Source of the DNA: Lama guanicoe
Taxonomy: Eukaryota
DNA length: 37,210 nucleotides
Assembly (NCBI GenBank): GCA_013239625.1
Contig: MU053561.1
Coordinates: 4,527,992 to 4,565,201, forward strand
Reading direction: 5' to 3'
The notes under the pieces were generated by a model. The model made no database searches and was not told the origin of the DNA. It saw only the letters and a program-made list of their open reading frames with translations. The translations under genes were made by a program, and so were the position numbers. Shown in pieces: positions 1 to 10,844 of the stretch. Positions within the stretch are counted from its first letter, which is position 1; every line of letters begins with the position of its first letter.

Positions 1-94
1 TAAACCAAATAATAATATGGGTGAGATTTTCATTGTAGAGTGTGAGTAATAATAGTTACCAGTTCATGATTCCATACTATAAGCCAAAGATTGC

Positions 95-265
95 ATTAGA
101 TATTGTTCTACTGACATTATTTAATTCTTTTCCCAGCTTTTTAGATATTATTATCTCCATTTTGAAGGGAAGATGAGTAAATTGAGGTTAGTGACGTTAA
201 TAACCTGTACAAGGATTCACCTAGTGAGTAGTAGCACTGGGGACCTGGCATTGTCTGACTCCAGC
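95..265 (-). mobile_element. MIR SINE fragment
   Basis: tattattatctccatttt...gatgagtaaattgagg...ctgactccag resembles the reverse complement of the MIR core. Confidence 0.6.
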
Positions 266-701
266 ATTTCCATGGTTTTCAGGCAAAAGAGTTATTAAGG
301 CAGGGCAAAAATACAAGCAAATTTGTTATAGGGAGAATGTAGGCTTTTGGTTTATAGAATGAAACTTATTAAAGGCACTTAGACCATTGAAAAGTCTTTT
401 TGACAGCATACACCTGAAGAGTGGCTTTCTTAGACAAAAATGGAACAGGTGTACCCCAATATAGAAAATCCGTACTTACGAGTTAATATACATACAGAGA
501 ATTTATCTTACAAAAAGATTCTTAGCTTGAAAAGATATAACTGACAATAAGTTATAGTCAGTTGTAGTGGTACGTTTTAAATGGTTTCACTTACCAAAAT
601 AAAATACACATGTAACTTTTTAGAAACATGCAAGTTACTCAAGGTCTCAATGTCAGGTGGAATTCCAAGTAGTCAGATTATACCTCTCTACACCTACAGT
701 T

Positions 702-720
702 GTGGTGCCACCTAGTGGTT
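702..720 (-). promoter_or_regulatory. CTCF binding motif
   Basis: Minus strand reads CCACTAGGTGGCACCA, matching the CTCF core CCACYAGRKGGCRSYR; it lies ~1.9 kb upstream of the CpG-island promoter. Confidence 0.7.
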
Positions 721-730
721 GGGCTGATAC

Positions 731-850
731 TTCATTCAACTTATTGGGTAAACAATTACTGATAAACATCTAAAGTGTCAGGTACTATTCTAGACAGCAA
801 AGGTATAAAGTATCAGATTTTATTCCTACTCTCAAGTTGTTCACAACATG
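731..850 (-). mobile_element. L2 LINE 3' end fragment
   Basis: ttcattcaac...aattactga...gtgtcaggtactattctag...cctactctcaag is the typical antisense L2 tail. Confidence 0.5.
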
Positions 851-1812
851 AAGTTACAGCATGAGTGGAAATTTTTTCACAAATGTGAAAAAAGAATTTT
901 GTGAAACATCATAGAAAGTAATGACTTTTCAAATAGGAAAAAAAAAAAAGCAAATACCTGCATGCTTCCACATTCTCTACAGATAGCCTTAAGCATAGGT
1001 GCGATCCCAACTGCATGTCTGTACTAGTGTAAGAATCCTCTCCCTGGTTTCTGAAGTTGATGCTCTGTTTGCTGAGTATTTATAAGTCCCTTAGAGAACC
1101 TGATTTTATTTTTCCTTGGCCTCTTTGTCATCAAAATAATACAAATTGCCAAATTAAACTTTCTATTCTCAAATTTAAAAAAGCATTAACTACCATTATG
1201 TGTATCTCCATCTTCCCATGAGAGGGCAGTAGAATACATACATGTTAATCCATTTATTACATTCAGAGAACTCAAGATTTGGTTTCAAATTTGGTAGTTG
1301 AAATTCAGTCTGCTCATTTTGGCAAATAATCTTCCTGAATACAACGGTTGAACTTTGAAATAAATTTGAACTTTTAACTAAATTTCAAAGCCATGCCATT
1401 CTAGCCCAAAATTTTACCTTAGGCAACTGTTTGGGAAGTTTTCTAAATATATAAGGGTTTTTGTTTTGGTTAGGTTTGGTTTTTGGTGGTGAGAGGAGGA
1501 GTCCATAAAGATCACTGTTCAAAATTCAAAGAGTATTCACATTTAATTCCTCATTGAGACATGATTAAAAATATGTCTTGTCATTCCTTTTTTTTCTCCC
1601 ATCATAGAAGGTAATTCCTGTTTTATTGTCCACAGCTCATGGTTTCACAATGGCTTGGGGTATGCAGCTTTTATTGCTTTGGCTAAGTTGGCTTATGACA
1701 GTCATCTGTGATGTGTAACCAAACACCTCTCTTTCTGGCCATCTTCTATTTTGGTACCTCTATGTGAACAAATGTGGAAAGAGTTTGGTCACCAGATCCA
1801 AGAGGCTCTGGT

Positions 1813-1864
1813 GGGGTGGGATAGGGTAGGGTGGAATGAGGTGGGGCGAGGCTGGGTGGGGTGG
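1813..1864 (+). other. G-rich tract with canonical G-quadruplex motif
   Basis: GGGG-T-GGG-ATA-GGG-TA-GGG (1813-1831) plus three further G3+ runs to 1861. Confidence 0.55.
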
Positions 1865-2530
1865 TTAGCAAGTGCCTGGGAAACAGGCTCAACTCATCCT
1901 TGACTAGGCAGCCTTAATGAAACTGGGCTGCTGCTCGCAGTAGGCACAGTGCCATGTATGAGCGTGTTGCAGGCGTAGTGTTCAGGCATGTGTGTCACAA
2001 CAGCGTGGGAGCCGACCTCAGGCACTGGGAGTATCAAATGCACTCCTGCTCTGGGATTTCAAGCTTCAGGTGTCCGGAGCTTTATTTGCATCTACCTACT
2101 TTTCAAGTTGGCGCTGTACGGCAACTGTCGGAGAAATGTTTGCTCCTTGAGCTCAGCCACAGATATGGTGCTGCTCTTTCACTGCAGACACCGGACCTAC
2201 TTCTTCCGGTGACAGGAGACAATTCCATGGTTTCCTTGAGTGAGATGCCATTTGGATTCCTTGATTAAACTAGGTTTTATCTCGTAGGTAGCTGTGAAGA
2301 CTCAGCCTTCTTGTAAAGTTCAGGTCCATCGCCGTGGGGCCAGTTGGGGGCCAAGCACGGCGACGGCGAAGGAGCTTTGGCTAGATGCCTCGGCCGGACG
2401 ACAGTGGCGCCGCTCGCCTGTCTGCCGGGGCCGCAGCACCGCCGCGCCCTGCATCCTGGGCCAGGTTCTGGCCCCTGCACGGGATTCGAGCGGGGGCGGC
2501 TCCCCTCGGGGCGGTCCCAGGGCGGTGCCG

Positions 2531-2634
2531 GGGGCGGGCTCGAGCGTGAGGGGTGGGAACAGGAGCCAATAAGAACCGGGCTTTGCCGGACCGGGGCGGG
2601 GCCTGCGTCCGGGCCTGCGGGATCGGGGCGGAGC
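2531..2634 (+). promoter_or_regulatory. TATA-less core promoter: GC boxes (Sp/KLF) and CCAAT box (NF-Y)
   Basis: GGGGCGGGC 2531, AGCCAATAAG with CCAAT at 2566-2570, GGGGCGGGGC 2593, GGGGCGGAGC 2625; spacing implies a + strand TSS near 2635-2650. Confidence 0.75.
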
Positions 2635-2729
2635 CCACCCAGAGTGGGACCGAGCCGACCTGGCGCCTCCGCGAAGAGGACGAGAACCTCGGAGCCCAGG
2701 AGCGGACGCGGCGTCGAGGCCCAGGGCAG
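2635..2729 (+). other. Probable non-coding first exon of an unidentified host gene (start approximate)
   Basis: Lies directly downstream of the GC/CCAAT boxes, ends at the donor CAG|GTAGGA (GT at 2730-2731), contains no ATG. Confidence 0.55.
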
Positions 2730-3339
2730 GTAGGAGCGGGGCGACCCGGGGCGGGGTCTGAAGCAAGGGCTTTGGCCCCTCGCGGCGGTGGGCGTCGCAC
2801 GCTGGGCGGCGGTGGCGGGGCGTCGGACGTCGTCCGCGGGCAGTGCGGCAGCGGGTTGGCGGAGATGAAGGCTCTGGCCCCGCTGTCTCGGCACCTCCTC
2901 CGCCTGGAGGGACGCCCGGGAGCGCGGCCCCGCGCCCAGCGGACGCCGGCCTCTGGGAGTGTCGCTCGTCGCCAGCGGCGGTTGTGGCGGAGTGCGGCTG
3001 AGGGGCTCCTCGCCGCTCACCTCGGGGCGCGGGGGACATCGTCCAGGTGGCGCTCGGGGGCGCTCGGGAGTCCCGGGGAAGGGAGTGGGAGCGCCCCGCA
3101 TCCAGGAGGAAGCGCGGGGCATTTGCCAGGATTAGTCGTGGAGCTTGAACTTCGACAGGCTGAGACGGTGAACTTTAAAACATTTTTGGTTTTTGTGTTT
3201 AGATTCTTAACAGAATCTGACGAGTACAATAGTGAAAGTCGTCAAGTAGGATTTTGATTTAAGAATCTGACATTGGAACATGTAAGAACTTTAAACTAAT
3301 AAGGCAAAAGATGATCAGATTATGAGTCAGGGGCTGTAG

Positions 3340-3545
3340 TCTCCGCCAGGATCCGCGACCAGATGTGATACCTCGGTCAAATCGGCTTTCCTGGGCCTCC
3401 ATTTCCTTAGCTGTAAGACTGGGATGCTCATGCCTGGGGTATTCTGAGGGACAGATGAGATGGGTGAGAGTATTCTATAAATGTTAGGTATTGCATTTCC
3501 TGTAAAACAACTACTAAGTGCCAGGCGCGTAGTAGGCACTCTGTA
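3340..3545 (+). mobile_element. Degenerate MIR SINE
   Basis: gggcctccatttccttagctgtaagactgggat (MIR core-like) and agtgccaggcgcgtagtaggcactc (MIR 3' end). Confidence 0.5.
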
Positions 3546-4629
3546 AACCTTTACCCTAAAGCTAGTGATTCACTTACAGTGTTTTAAAATTCTACATCCC
3601 TGTTTACTGCGTAAATAAGTTGTTTAAGCTCATTTTCTACAAATCACCGTTGTTTAAAGTGTGGTGCGTTTTCCACTGATTAATGAATTTTTCTAGAGTA
3701 GCACGTATTATCTATACGCTGTTACTGAATCATTTTCCAAGAAGTTTGGTAGCCGTCAATCTCTGTCTTTGCTTTATGTAAATAGTTGAAGTTACCTGGT
3801 AAAATAAGCTGGGAGTATTGATTCAAATTAAGACTTTAATTTGCTTTTGTAAGATTTAAGTCCTCCAAAATGAAATTAATATTAAACTACTTTTTGGGGG
3901 GTACAGCCTTGGTTATAGACATTTGCATTCTTTTCTGTGGATGTGAGTGTGTGAGGAGTTTTGGGGGGAAACGGGAAATTTTAAAAAGTAATAGCAGTTT
4001 GTAACCAGCAGACTTTGACTAGGGTTACTTGTAGGCGTGTTCTGAAGTAGTTTCCCAGGCAGAAACCAGGAAATGTAGTAATTGTGTCTCTTGGCTTTTC
4101 TTTTCCTTTTTTTTTTTTCTATTGAATGTGGTGATAGAATTTTTTTTAATGCAGGGAAGAATATTAATTTTTTCCTGACAATAGGCATTTTTTTTAAGCT
4201 GGAAAGTATATTTTAAATGATCTGTAGTGAGTCTTACATTACAAACAAGAATTTTAGACCACTGGATACCAAGATCAAATTAAATGGAGGAGTAGAGGGA
4301 CAGTTCCTGGTGAATATAATTTTTGTGTTGCTTTAACAGTTTTACATGCTTCAGCAATTCAGTGCAAGATAGGTGTTTTGAAACACCAAGTTCAAACATG
4401 TACTCCATATATAGATTTTGCAGTCATTTATGATTTGTTGATCTTGGAAGACTGAAGCCTTATAGTCACATTTTTTACTGAGCACCTATTATATTCCAGG
4501 GTACAGTTTTAGCCTTTATATTGTATATGTCTGGGCAGGCTATAATCCCTTGCACCTAGGAGATTACACTCTACCAAGTGGGCTAACGTAAGTACAGAGA
4601 AAGCTGTTTTTAAAACTGATGATAACAAT

Positions 4630-4855
4630 AACATCAACCAACATTTATTGGGACCTGCTCCAAGCCAGGCAGTGTTCTACATTCTTTACATGCTTATTTA
4701 ATCCTTACAACAACGCCTTGAGAGGTGTTATTATGATCTCCTCATTGAGAGAGATAGAAAGGTTGAATAACTTTCCCATGTCAAACAGCCTAGGTAACAG
4801 AGCTAGGTAGGAGTCAAGCCAGACAGTTGAGCTCCAGAAATCCTGATCTTACTAT
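4630..4855 (-). mobile_element. MIR SINE, near full length
   Basis: aacatttattgg...gccaggcagtgttct...atttaatccttacaacaac...gctccaga is the reverse complement of the MIR consensus. Confidence 0.8.
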
Positions 4856-5199
4856 TCTGAGTTTCAAATTCTGTGAGTGAGATACAAATGAAATCCAACA
4901 AGTATTTAAAAGAGAGTTCTGTAAAGAACTTCTTCAAAAAAAAAAAGGAAAGAAAGAGAGAAAGAAACTGGTATTGCAAGGTGTAGATGAAGGCATGTCC
5001 AAGCTACAATTTAATTATACTTTGTATATAGGATACTTTTTTCCTGGTGAATGACGTGGGATTCTTTTTGTTTCTAAGCTCTCAGTCACTCACTTACTAC
5101 AATTATGGCGTTATCTTAATAATACAAGAGATGACTGTTTTTCAAGAAGTTTAAAATGTTTGTTCTCAGACCATAAGTTAAATGTTAGATTCAAGAAAA

Positions 5200-6390
5200 G
5201 AAAATGCTTCCCTGCCTTCAAGATGCTTATAACCAGACATGTAAATAAGTCCCTACAATTTCAGTGTGGTAAGAGTTATAACAGTTGTAAAGTGTAATGG
5301 GGACATTGATAAGAGGAAATAATTCTATATATGTTGGGGAGGAGGATTAGAGCGAAGATACCACATTTGAATTTAGCTTTGAAGGTTGAGTAGGAATTTG
5401 CTGAGTTGGGGAAGGAAACAGAAGATAAGGATGAAAACCAGGAATATTATGTGAAAGTATATGGTAGTTTGAGGAATGTGTTACAGTCCACATTGTCTCT
5501 AAAAGTCAGAGTGTATAGAGATGAAGGGTTGGCCTAAGGAGATGGTGCTGGGAAATAAGCTGGAAAAAGAATTAGAATTACTGAAACTTCTAGAAATTAG
5601 ATAAGTATGGGGTTTCAGTGCCTTTCATTTGAAATAATGAAGATTTGTCCAGTTTGGCAAAATCTTTACACTATAGAATATGGTGTTAAAGGTAGTTTTA
5701 ATACTTTGAAGTATAGGATATGTTATAAAACAACATACAGATTTAGGCAAGTGAAAAGTTATGACTCAGAAAAAGAAAAAAGAAGTCTGTGGTGGCATGT
5801 GGTGAAGAGCCTTTGTATTGTGCTGAGGACTTTGGACTTGATTCTAAAGACAATGAGAACCAGTGAAGGACTAATTAGGAAAGATAACACAGTGGTGGTA
5901 GGGTGTGGAGGCTGGATTGGATGGAGAAAGGCAAAAGGGAGAGAGATAAGTTAGAAGGCTGTTGCTGTTGAAATAACCTAGATGAGAGAAGATAAGGGCC
6001 TAGAATAGGAAAATAGTAATAGAGGTGAAGAGGAGAGGACAGAAATATGATAAAGATATAGAATTTACAGGGCTTAAAAAGTGATTGGCTTTGAAGGTGA
6101 ACAGAAGAGTAAAAACTTAGTTTCTTAGCTTGAGAAACTGGATAGAGGAACTTGATTTAATTTTTAATGTGAGAGGAAGATAATTAATTCAATTTTGAAC
6201 ACAGTGAGTTTGAAGTGGTGATGGAGATGGAGATGTCAAGAGAGGATCCGGAGCCCAGAAGGGAGGCTGAGGTTGGGAATTCAGATTGCGGAGTTAGCCA
6301 GTAAGTGGGAATTGAAGCCGTAAATAAAAGCAGATGAAATTGCTCGGGGAGAACATGAGGAATTAGAAGACAAGAGGGCCAAGGATAAAT
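5200..6390 (-). mobile_element. L2 LINE fragments
   Basis: Purine-rich antisense L2 motifs: ccctgccttcaag, gaggactttggacttgattct, ttagaaggctgttgc, ttttgaacacagtgagtttga. Confidence 0.7.
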
Positions 6391-6682
6391 GATTTGCTTT
6401 GTATGAATGGAAGGGATTTTTATGTTAATTTTCTTATTAATTGTGATTATAAAGCAATTAAAAGGGCTTAATTGAAGATTAAACCACTTTTACATCCAAA
6501 TGAATCCTGTTCTTTTAAGATTTCACTTGGCAGTCACTCATTTATTCCCGAAGTGTTTTGCCCGAATTATTGTTGGAGTACCTCTTTGCAAAAAAAATTC
6601 ACAGCCAACCAAGAAAGTAGATCTTCTGGCTTTATTACAGAATTATTTTTCCTCCTTTATACTTTCTAGTTCCATGCTTATA

Positions 6683-7000
6683 TAGATGGTATTCAACTTA
6701 AGATGGTTCCACTTCTAATATTTCAACTTTAGGATGATGCAAAAGTGATGCACATTCAGTAGAAACTGTACTTGAAATTTTGATCTTTTCCGGGGCTAGC
6801 AGTATGCGATGCAGTACTCTCTCCTGACGCTGGGCTTTGGCAGCAGCCGCAGCTCCCAGTCAGCCACGCAGTCACAAGGGTAAACAGCCAATATACTTAA
6901 AACCATTCTGTCCCCATACAACCACTCTGTTTTTCACTTTCAGTGCAGTATTCAATCAGTTATGTGATATATTCAGCACTTTATTATAAAATGGGCTTTT
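6683..7000 (-). mobile_element. MER47/Tigger5-family (TcMar-Tigger) MITE, 3' half, inverted
   Basis: TA followed by tagatggtattcaacttaagatggtt is the reverse-complement terminus; homologous to the reverse complement of 7183-7499; truncated at 7000. Confidence 0.85.
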
Positions 7001-7002
7001 AT

Positions 7003-7499
7003 CAGATCTTCCTTAACTTACCATGGGGTTGTGTCCTGATAAACCCGTCATAAGGTGAAAATATCTAAAGTCAAAAATTCATGTAATATATTTAACCTAC
7101 GAAACATCATAGTTTAGCTGAGCCACCTTACCTGTGCTCAGAACACTTACATCAGTCTGCAGTTAAGCAGAACCATCTAACACAAAGCCTGTTTTATAAT
7201 GCGGTGAATTATCTCATGTAGTTTATTGAATACTGTACTAAACGTAGAGAACAGAATGGTTGTATGGGTATGGAATGGTCGGGAGTGTATCGGTTTTTTA
7301 CCCTCATGATCCTGGCTGACTGGGAGCTGCCGCTCCTGCCACCGCCCAGCATGACCAGTATCATACTGTGTATCACGAGCCCAGGGAAAGATGAAAATTC
7401 AAAATTCAAAATGTGGTTTCTGCTGAATGCATACTAGTTTGGTACCATTATGAAGTCAGAAAATTTTAGGCGGAGCCCTACTAAGTCAGGGACCGTCTG
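7003..7499 (+). mobile_element. MER47/Tigger5-family (TcMar-Tigger) MITE, both termini present
   Basis: Begins cagatcttccttaacttaccatggggtt...gataaaccc, internal gtgctcagaacacttacat, ends taagtcagggaccgtctg. Confidence 0.9.
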
Positions 7500-7872
7500 C
7501 AGAGCCTTTTTACCTTGGATCAAAGCTATGAATGCATCTGACTCTCCCCTCACTTGGTCGTTAGCTGTTGTTAGCTCTTGGGAAGTCAGAGATGGTGCTT
7601 TTTTTAAAAGAGAAATCTTTGCCTCCCATTAACTTAGATTATCCACAAACGTTTGCTTGTTGATTCATCTTGATAAGCAACTTATTCAATCTTGGCTACA
7701 AATGGCTTAGCCGTTTCCAGAATTCATACTCATCTTCAAAGAATGAAGGTTTGTCACCACTGAGGAGAATCAAAAGAATGTGCTATGGCTTGGAAGGCAT
7801 TTTCGAAAAAGGAATTTCAAAAATAGTTTCCTAATTGGTAGTATCGTTAGAATAGGTGTATGGTTTCTAAGG

Positions 7873-8175
7873 TAGGGAGTGGCAAACTTTTTCCGTGAAG
7901 GGCTAGATAGTAAATATTTTAGACTGTGGGCCATGCAGCCTCTGTCACAGCTACCCAGTTCTGCCAGATACTTAAATGAATGAGCGTGGACAGAGTTCAA
8001 ATTAAAATTTATTTACAGACAGTAAAATTTGGATTTCATATCATTTTCACATGTCATGAAGTAGTATACGTTTTTTTTTTTTTCAACCATTTAAAAAATG
8101 AAAAAACTTCACAAGCCAAAAACAGGTGTTGAGTCACATTTGGCCTACAGGTAGGCCATAGTCTTGCTGACCCTG
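7873..8175 (+). mobile_element. MER58 (MER58B-like) hAT-Charlie MITE
   Basis: TIRs tagggagtggcaaac / ttgctgaccctg; internal aagggctagatagtaaatatttt; degenerate 8-bp TSD ttctaagg (7865-7872) / ttgtaaga (8176-8183). Confidence 0.85.
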
Positions 8176-10717
8176 TTGTAAGAGGTGTTCTTTGAAGTAC
8201 TTAGATTTGTAAGTTTAGTTTTTAAAAAATGATTCTTCAAAGTTATACCTCCTGCTTTTAAATTCCAGTGTATTTCTTAAAACATCTGAGAAATTTTCAT
8301 TCATCCTTTATTTCCTAAATAGAATAATTGGAAAACACTCCCTTCATTGATTTGGAACCTGAGATACAGAGAAATAGATTACCTTGTACAATGTCAGAAT
8401 CAAAAATATGTTTGAAAATATTTTCTAACATTCAGTACTCCTTACTGAACCAGTAAAAACTCTTTTTGCCTCAGTGAAAGTGGGGACATTGAAAGCTGGT
8501 GGAATGAAAGACCAAACCTGGAAGGAGAGTTCTGTACTGGTTTCCCAGAGGGTTGGGCAGGATGGAATCTTTTGTCTTTTTCCTTTTTGTCTTTCCTAAG
8601 GGAAAGAAAACATGAAGTTTTTTTTCTCTCTGCTTCAAGGGCATTATAGCAAATTATTGCACTGAAAGATTAAATAACGGTGAGATAAGAGAAGAAAATG
8701 TAAAGGACTGATGTTTTCATATCTAGCCATCCCAGATGTTTCTCTTGCACCTGCTATTTTTGAGGAGGAAATTTAAGATTTTTATTTTTGCTTATAAATC
8801 TGATTCTTGGTTAGCAACCTGTAAATATAATTCTAAACATTCAGTTCAGGCAGTGTTAACCTGTTTATATTAGTTATGGGTCATTATTTGTGCTCCTTCT
8901 TTAACTTTCTGACTTTCCTGGTTTTCATTAGCAGTGATAAATGTTTACAGCAGAGGACGTGGAAGACAAATTACTAGTTTTACTTTGAAGTTTGAATTCA
9001 TAGAAATGGCTTTGTGGATTTTTTTCTGTGTGGATGTTAAAATTTAGGACCAGTCGGGTGTATGTATTTGTGTGTGTGTGTTTTATTCTTGGTGCTACTT
9101 AAAAGGGATATGCTTTTTTTCTTTCTTTCTCTTCCTTCCATTCAAGTGAAAAACCAAAAAAACTCCAGCTGTCTAGGATATTTTTAAATTGGTTACTTAG
9201 CAATATGAAGCATAATTTTGTATTTAAATATTTATCTGTATTCTTTGATACTCTGATTAAATAAGAGTCTATTAAGGCTGATGATAATAGGGCCTGCTGG
9301 GAGGAAATGACACAGCCTGCTCTACAACAGTATTTACTGCAAATCACCTTTTCCCTGGTCCCTGCTTAAACTGTAAGGGGTAACATGGAACAAAAGAGCA
9401 ACATTATGTGAATTAGGGTGATGGTCAATTTGATGATGATGGTAATTCGGTGGTTGTCATTGCACAGTTAATTTATATTACCATAATTCAGGGTCAAGCA
9501 GAATGCATCAGAATTTTCTCTGATGTTGGTATAAATGATGAGACACTATCTAACCAGGTTTTATTTTTGAACTTTAAATACATTCTTCAAGTGTGATATT
9601 TTTAACCGTTCAATGATAATTGTTATTTAAAAGCAAACTAGATCAATTTGCCCTTAAAATGTATTGTTTAATTATCAGGAGAAGAAACCATGAAGTAAAA
9701 AAAAAATACAGAGGCATATTCAGTAGTGGCATATGGAAGTACAAAACTGTTGAGGAAATAGTGACTTGAGAAAAAGTATAAGAGTTTAATGAATATTATT
9801 TAAAAAATGAGTTTATCAAATGCTGAAAGCCTGACTAAAATGACAGACTGCACATATTTGTGTTAATGTTACAAATGAAAGTTAAAAATCTTTAAAATCG
9901 AAAAGATTCTTAAACATCACGCAGGACTTTTCAATAAACCTTTGAAAATATTTTCAAAGAAAGAAGAGAACATGAAATTATCTCAGTTTCCTTTTAATTT
10001 AAAGACCATTACTGGGAGAGATTCATTATTGTTTTATTTAATTGCATATTAGTGGCATAAGAGAAAAATGGTTAAATATTTCTTGAAAAAAGTATTTGTC
10101 TAGAATGCATGTATGTTACATTTATGATGTTTGGTGATTAGTCAGTGGAAAATTAAAAATTGCACTTCTTAATGTTGACGTACCTCTATTCTGTATCATT
10201 ATGGGACATTTCAGTAATGCTTATGAGGTGGCTACAGTTTGGTGCAGATTTTTACAGTCCAAATTGATGGGATCACTAGTATTATAAGTTTCACTGTGCT
10301 TTTAGTTTGTCACAAATGGTGGCAAGGTAATTAATAAGGAGGGTTTTTCTGTGTTGTTTAAATTTAACCCCAACTGTGTGGGCATATTTAAGAATTTTAA
10401 AATTGAATTGTTGTTCCTCATAAATTAAACTGGGAAAAAAATTTGAAATAATTGTAAGTAAGCGAATAGCAAATATGATTAGAAAACATAGAGGAGTTAT
10501 TTTAACACTGAAGTGACTGATAACAGTGCTTTTTTTTTCACTAAAAGTTTACACTTACGTTTTATTGAGTATTCCTTCAAATCACCCTTTGAACACTAAA
10601 GGACAGGGAAGGAAGGAAAGAGAGTGATAAAGACCAAAAGAGAGACGGAGACAAACAACAGTCAAAGCAACACAACTGACAGTGCAGGCATCCTCCTGCT
10701 TTCTTCTGACCGTCCAG

Positions 10718-10798
10718 GGCAGTAGGACCACTGGTTTCCTTGAAGCTTCCCCCAGCAGAAGCAGTGGGCTGGGCACGAGTGAGCACTCTGCCCAGCAG
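10718..10798 (+). other. Candidate 81-nt cassette exon (5'UTR-type)
   Basis: Pyrimidine tract plus CAG acceptor at 10717; donor CAG|GTCGGT at 10798; no ATG. Confidence 0.3.
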
Positions 10799-10844
10799 GT
10801 CGGTGTGGGTTCTCTTTCTGTTCCATTTGTTTTAAGGGCTTTGA

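Larger units (their letters stand above)
2330..3250. promoter_or_regulatory. CpG island (promoter-associated)
   Basis: Abrupt high-GC, CpG-dense segment in an otherwise AT-rich, CpG-depleted window. Confidence 0.92.

Noticed and set aside
872..893. Perfect hairpin ttttttcaca-aa-tgtgaaaaaa
   Set aside because: Short, mostly homopolymer; expected by chance in AT-rich DNA
1954..2268. 104-aa ATG ORF upstream of the island
   Set aside because: No recognisable homology, no supporting promoter or splice structure
2277..3257. Long overlapping ORFs (281, 239, 234, 139, 129 aa) across the CpG island
   Set aside because: Pro/Arg/Gly/Ala-rich low-complexity translations on both strands, expected from stop-poor GC-rich DNA; no recognisable domain
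10768..10796. Iron-responsive element
   Set aside because: C bulge present but the CAGUGH apical loop is absent
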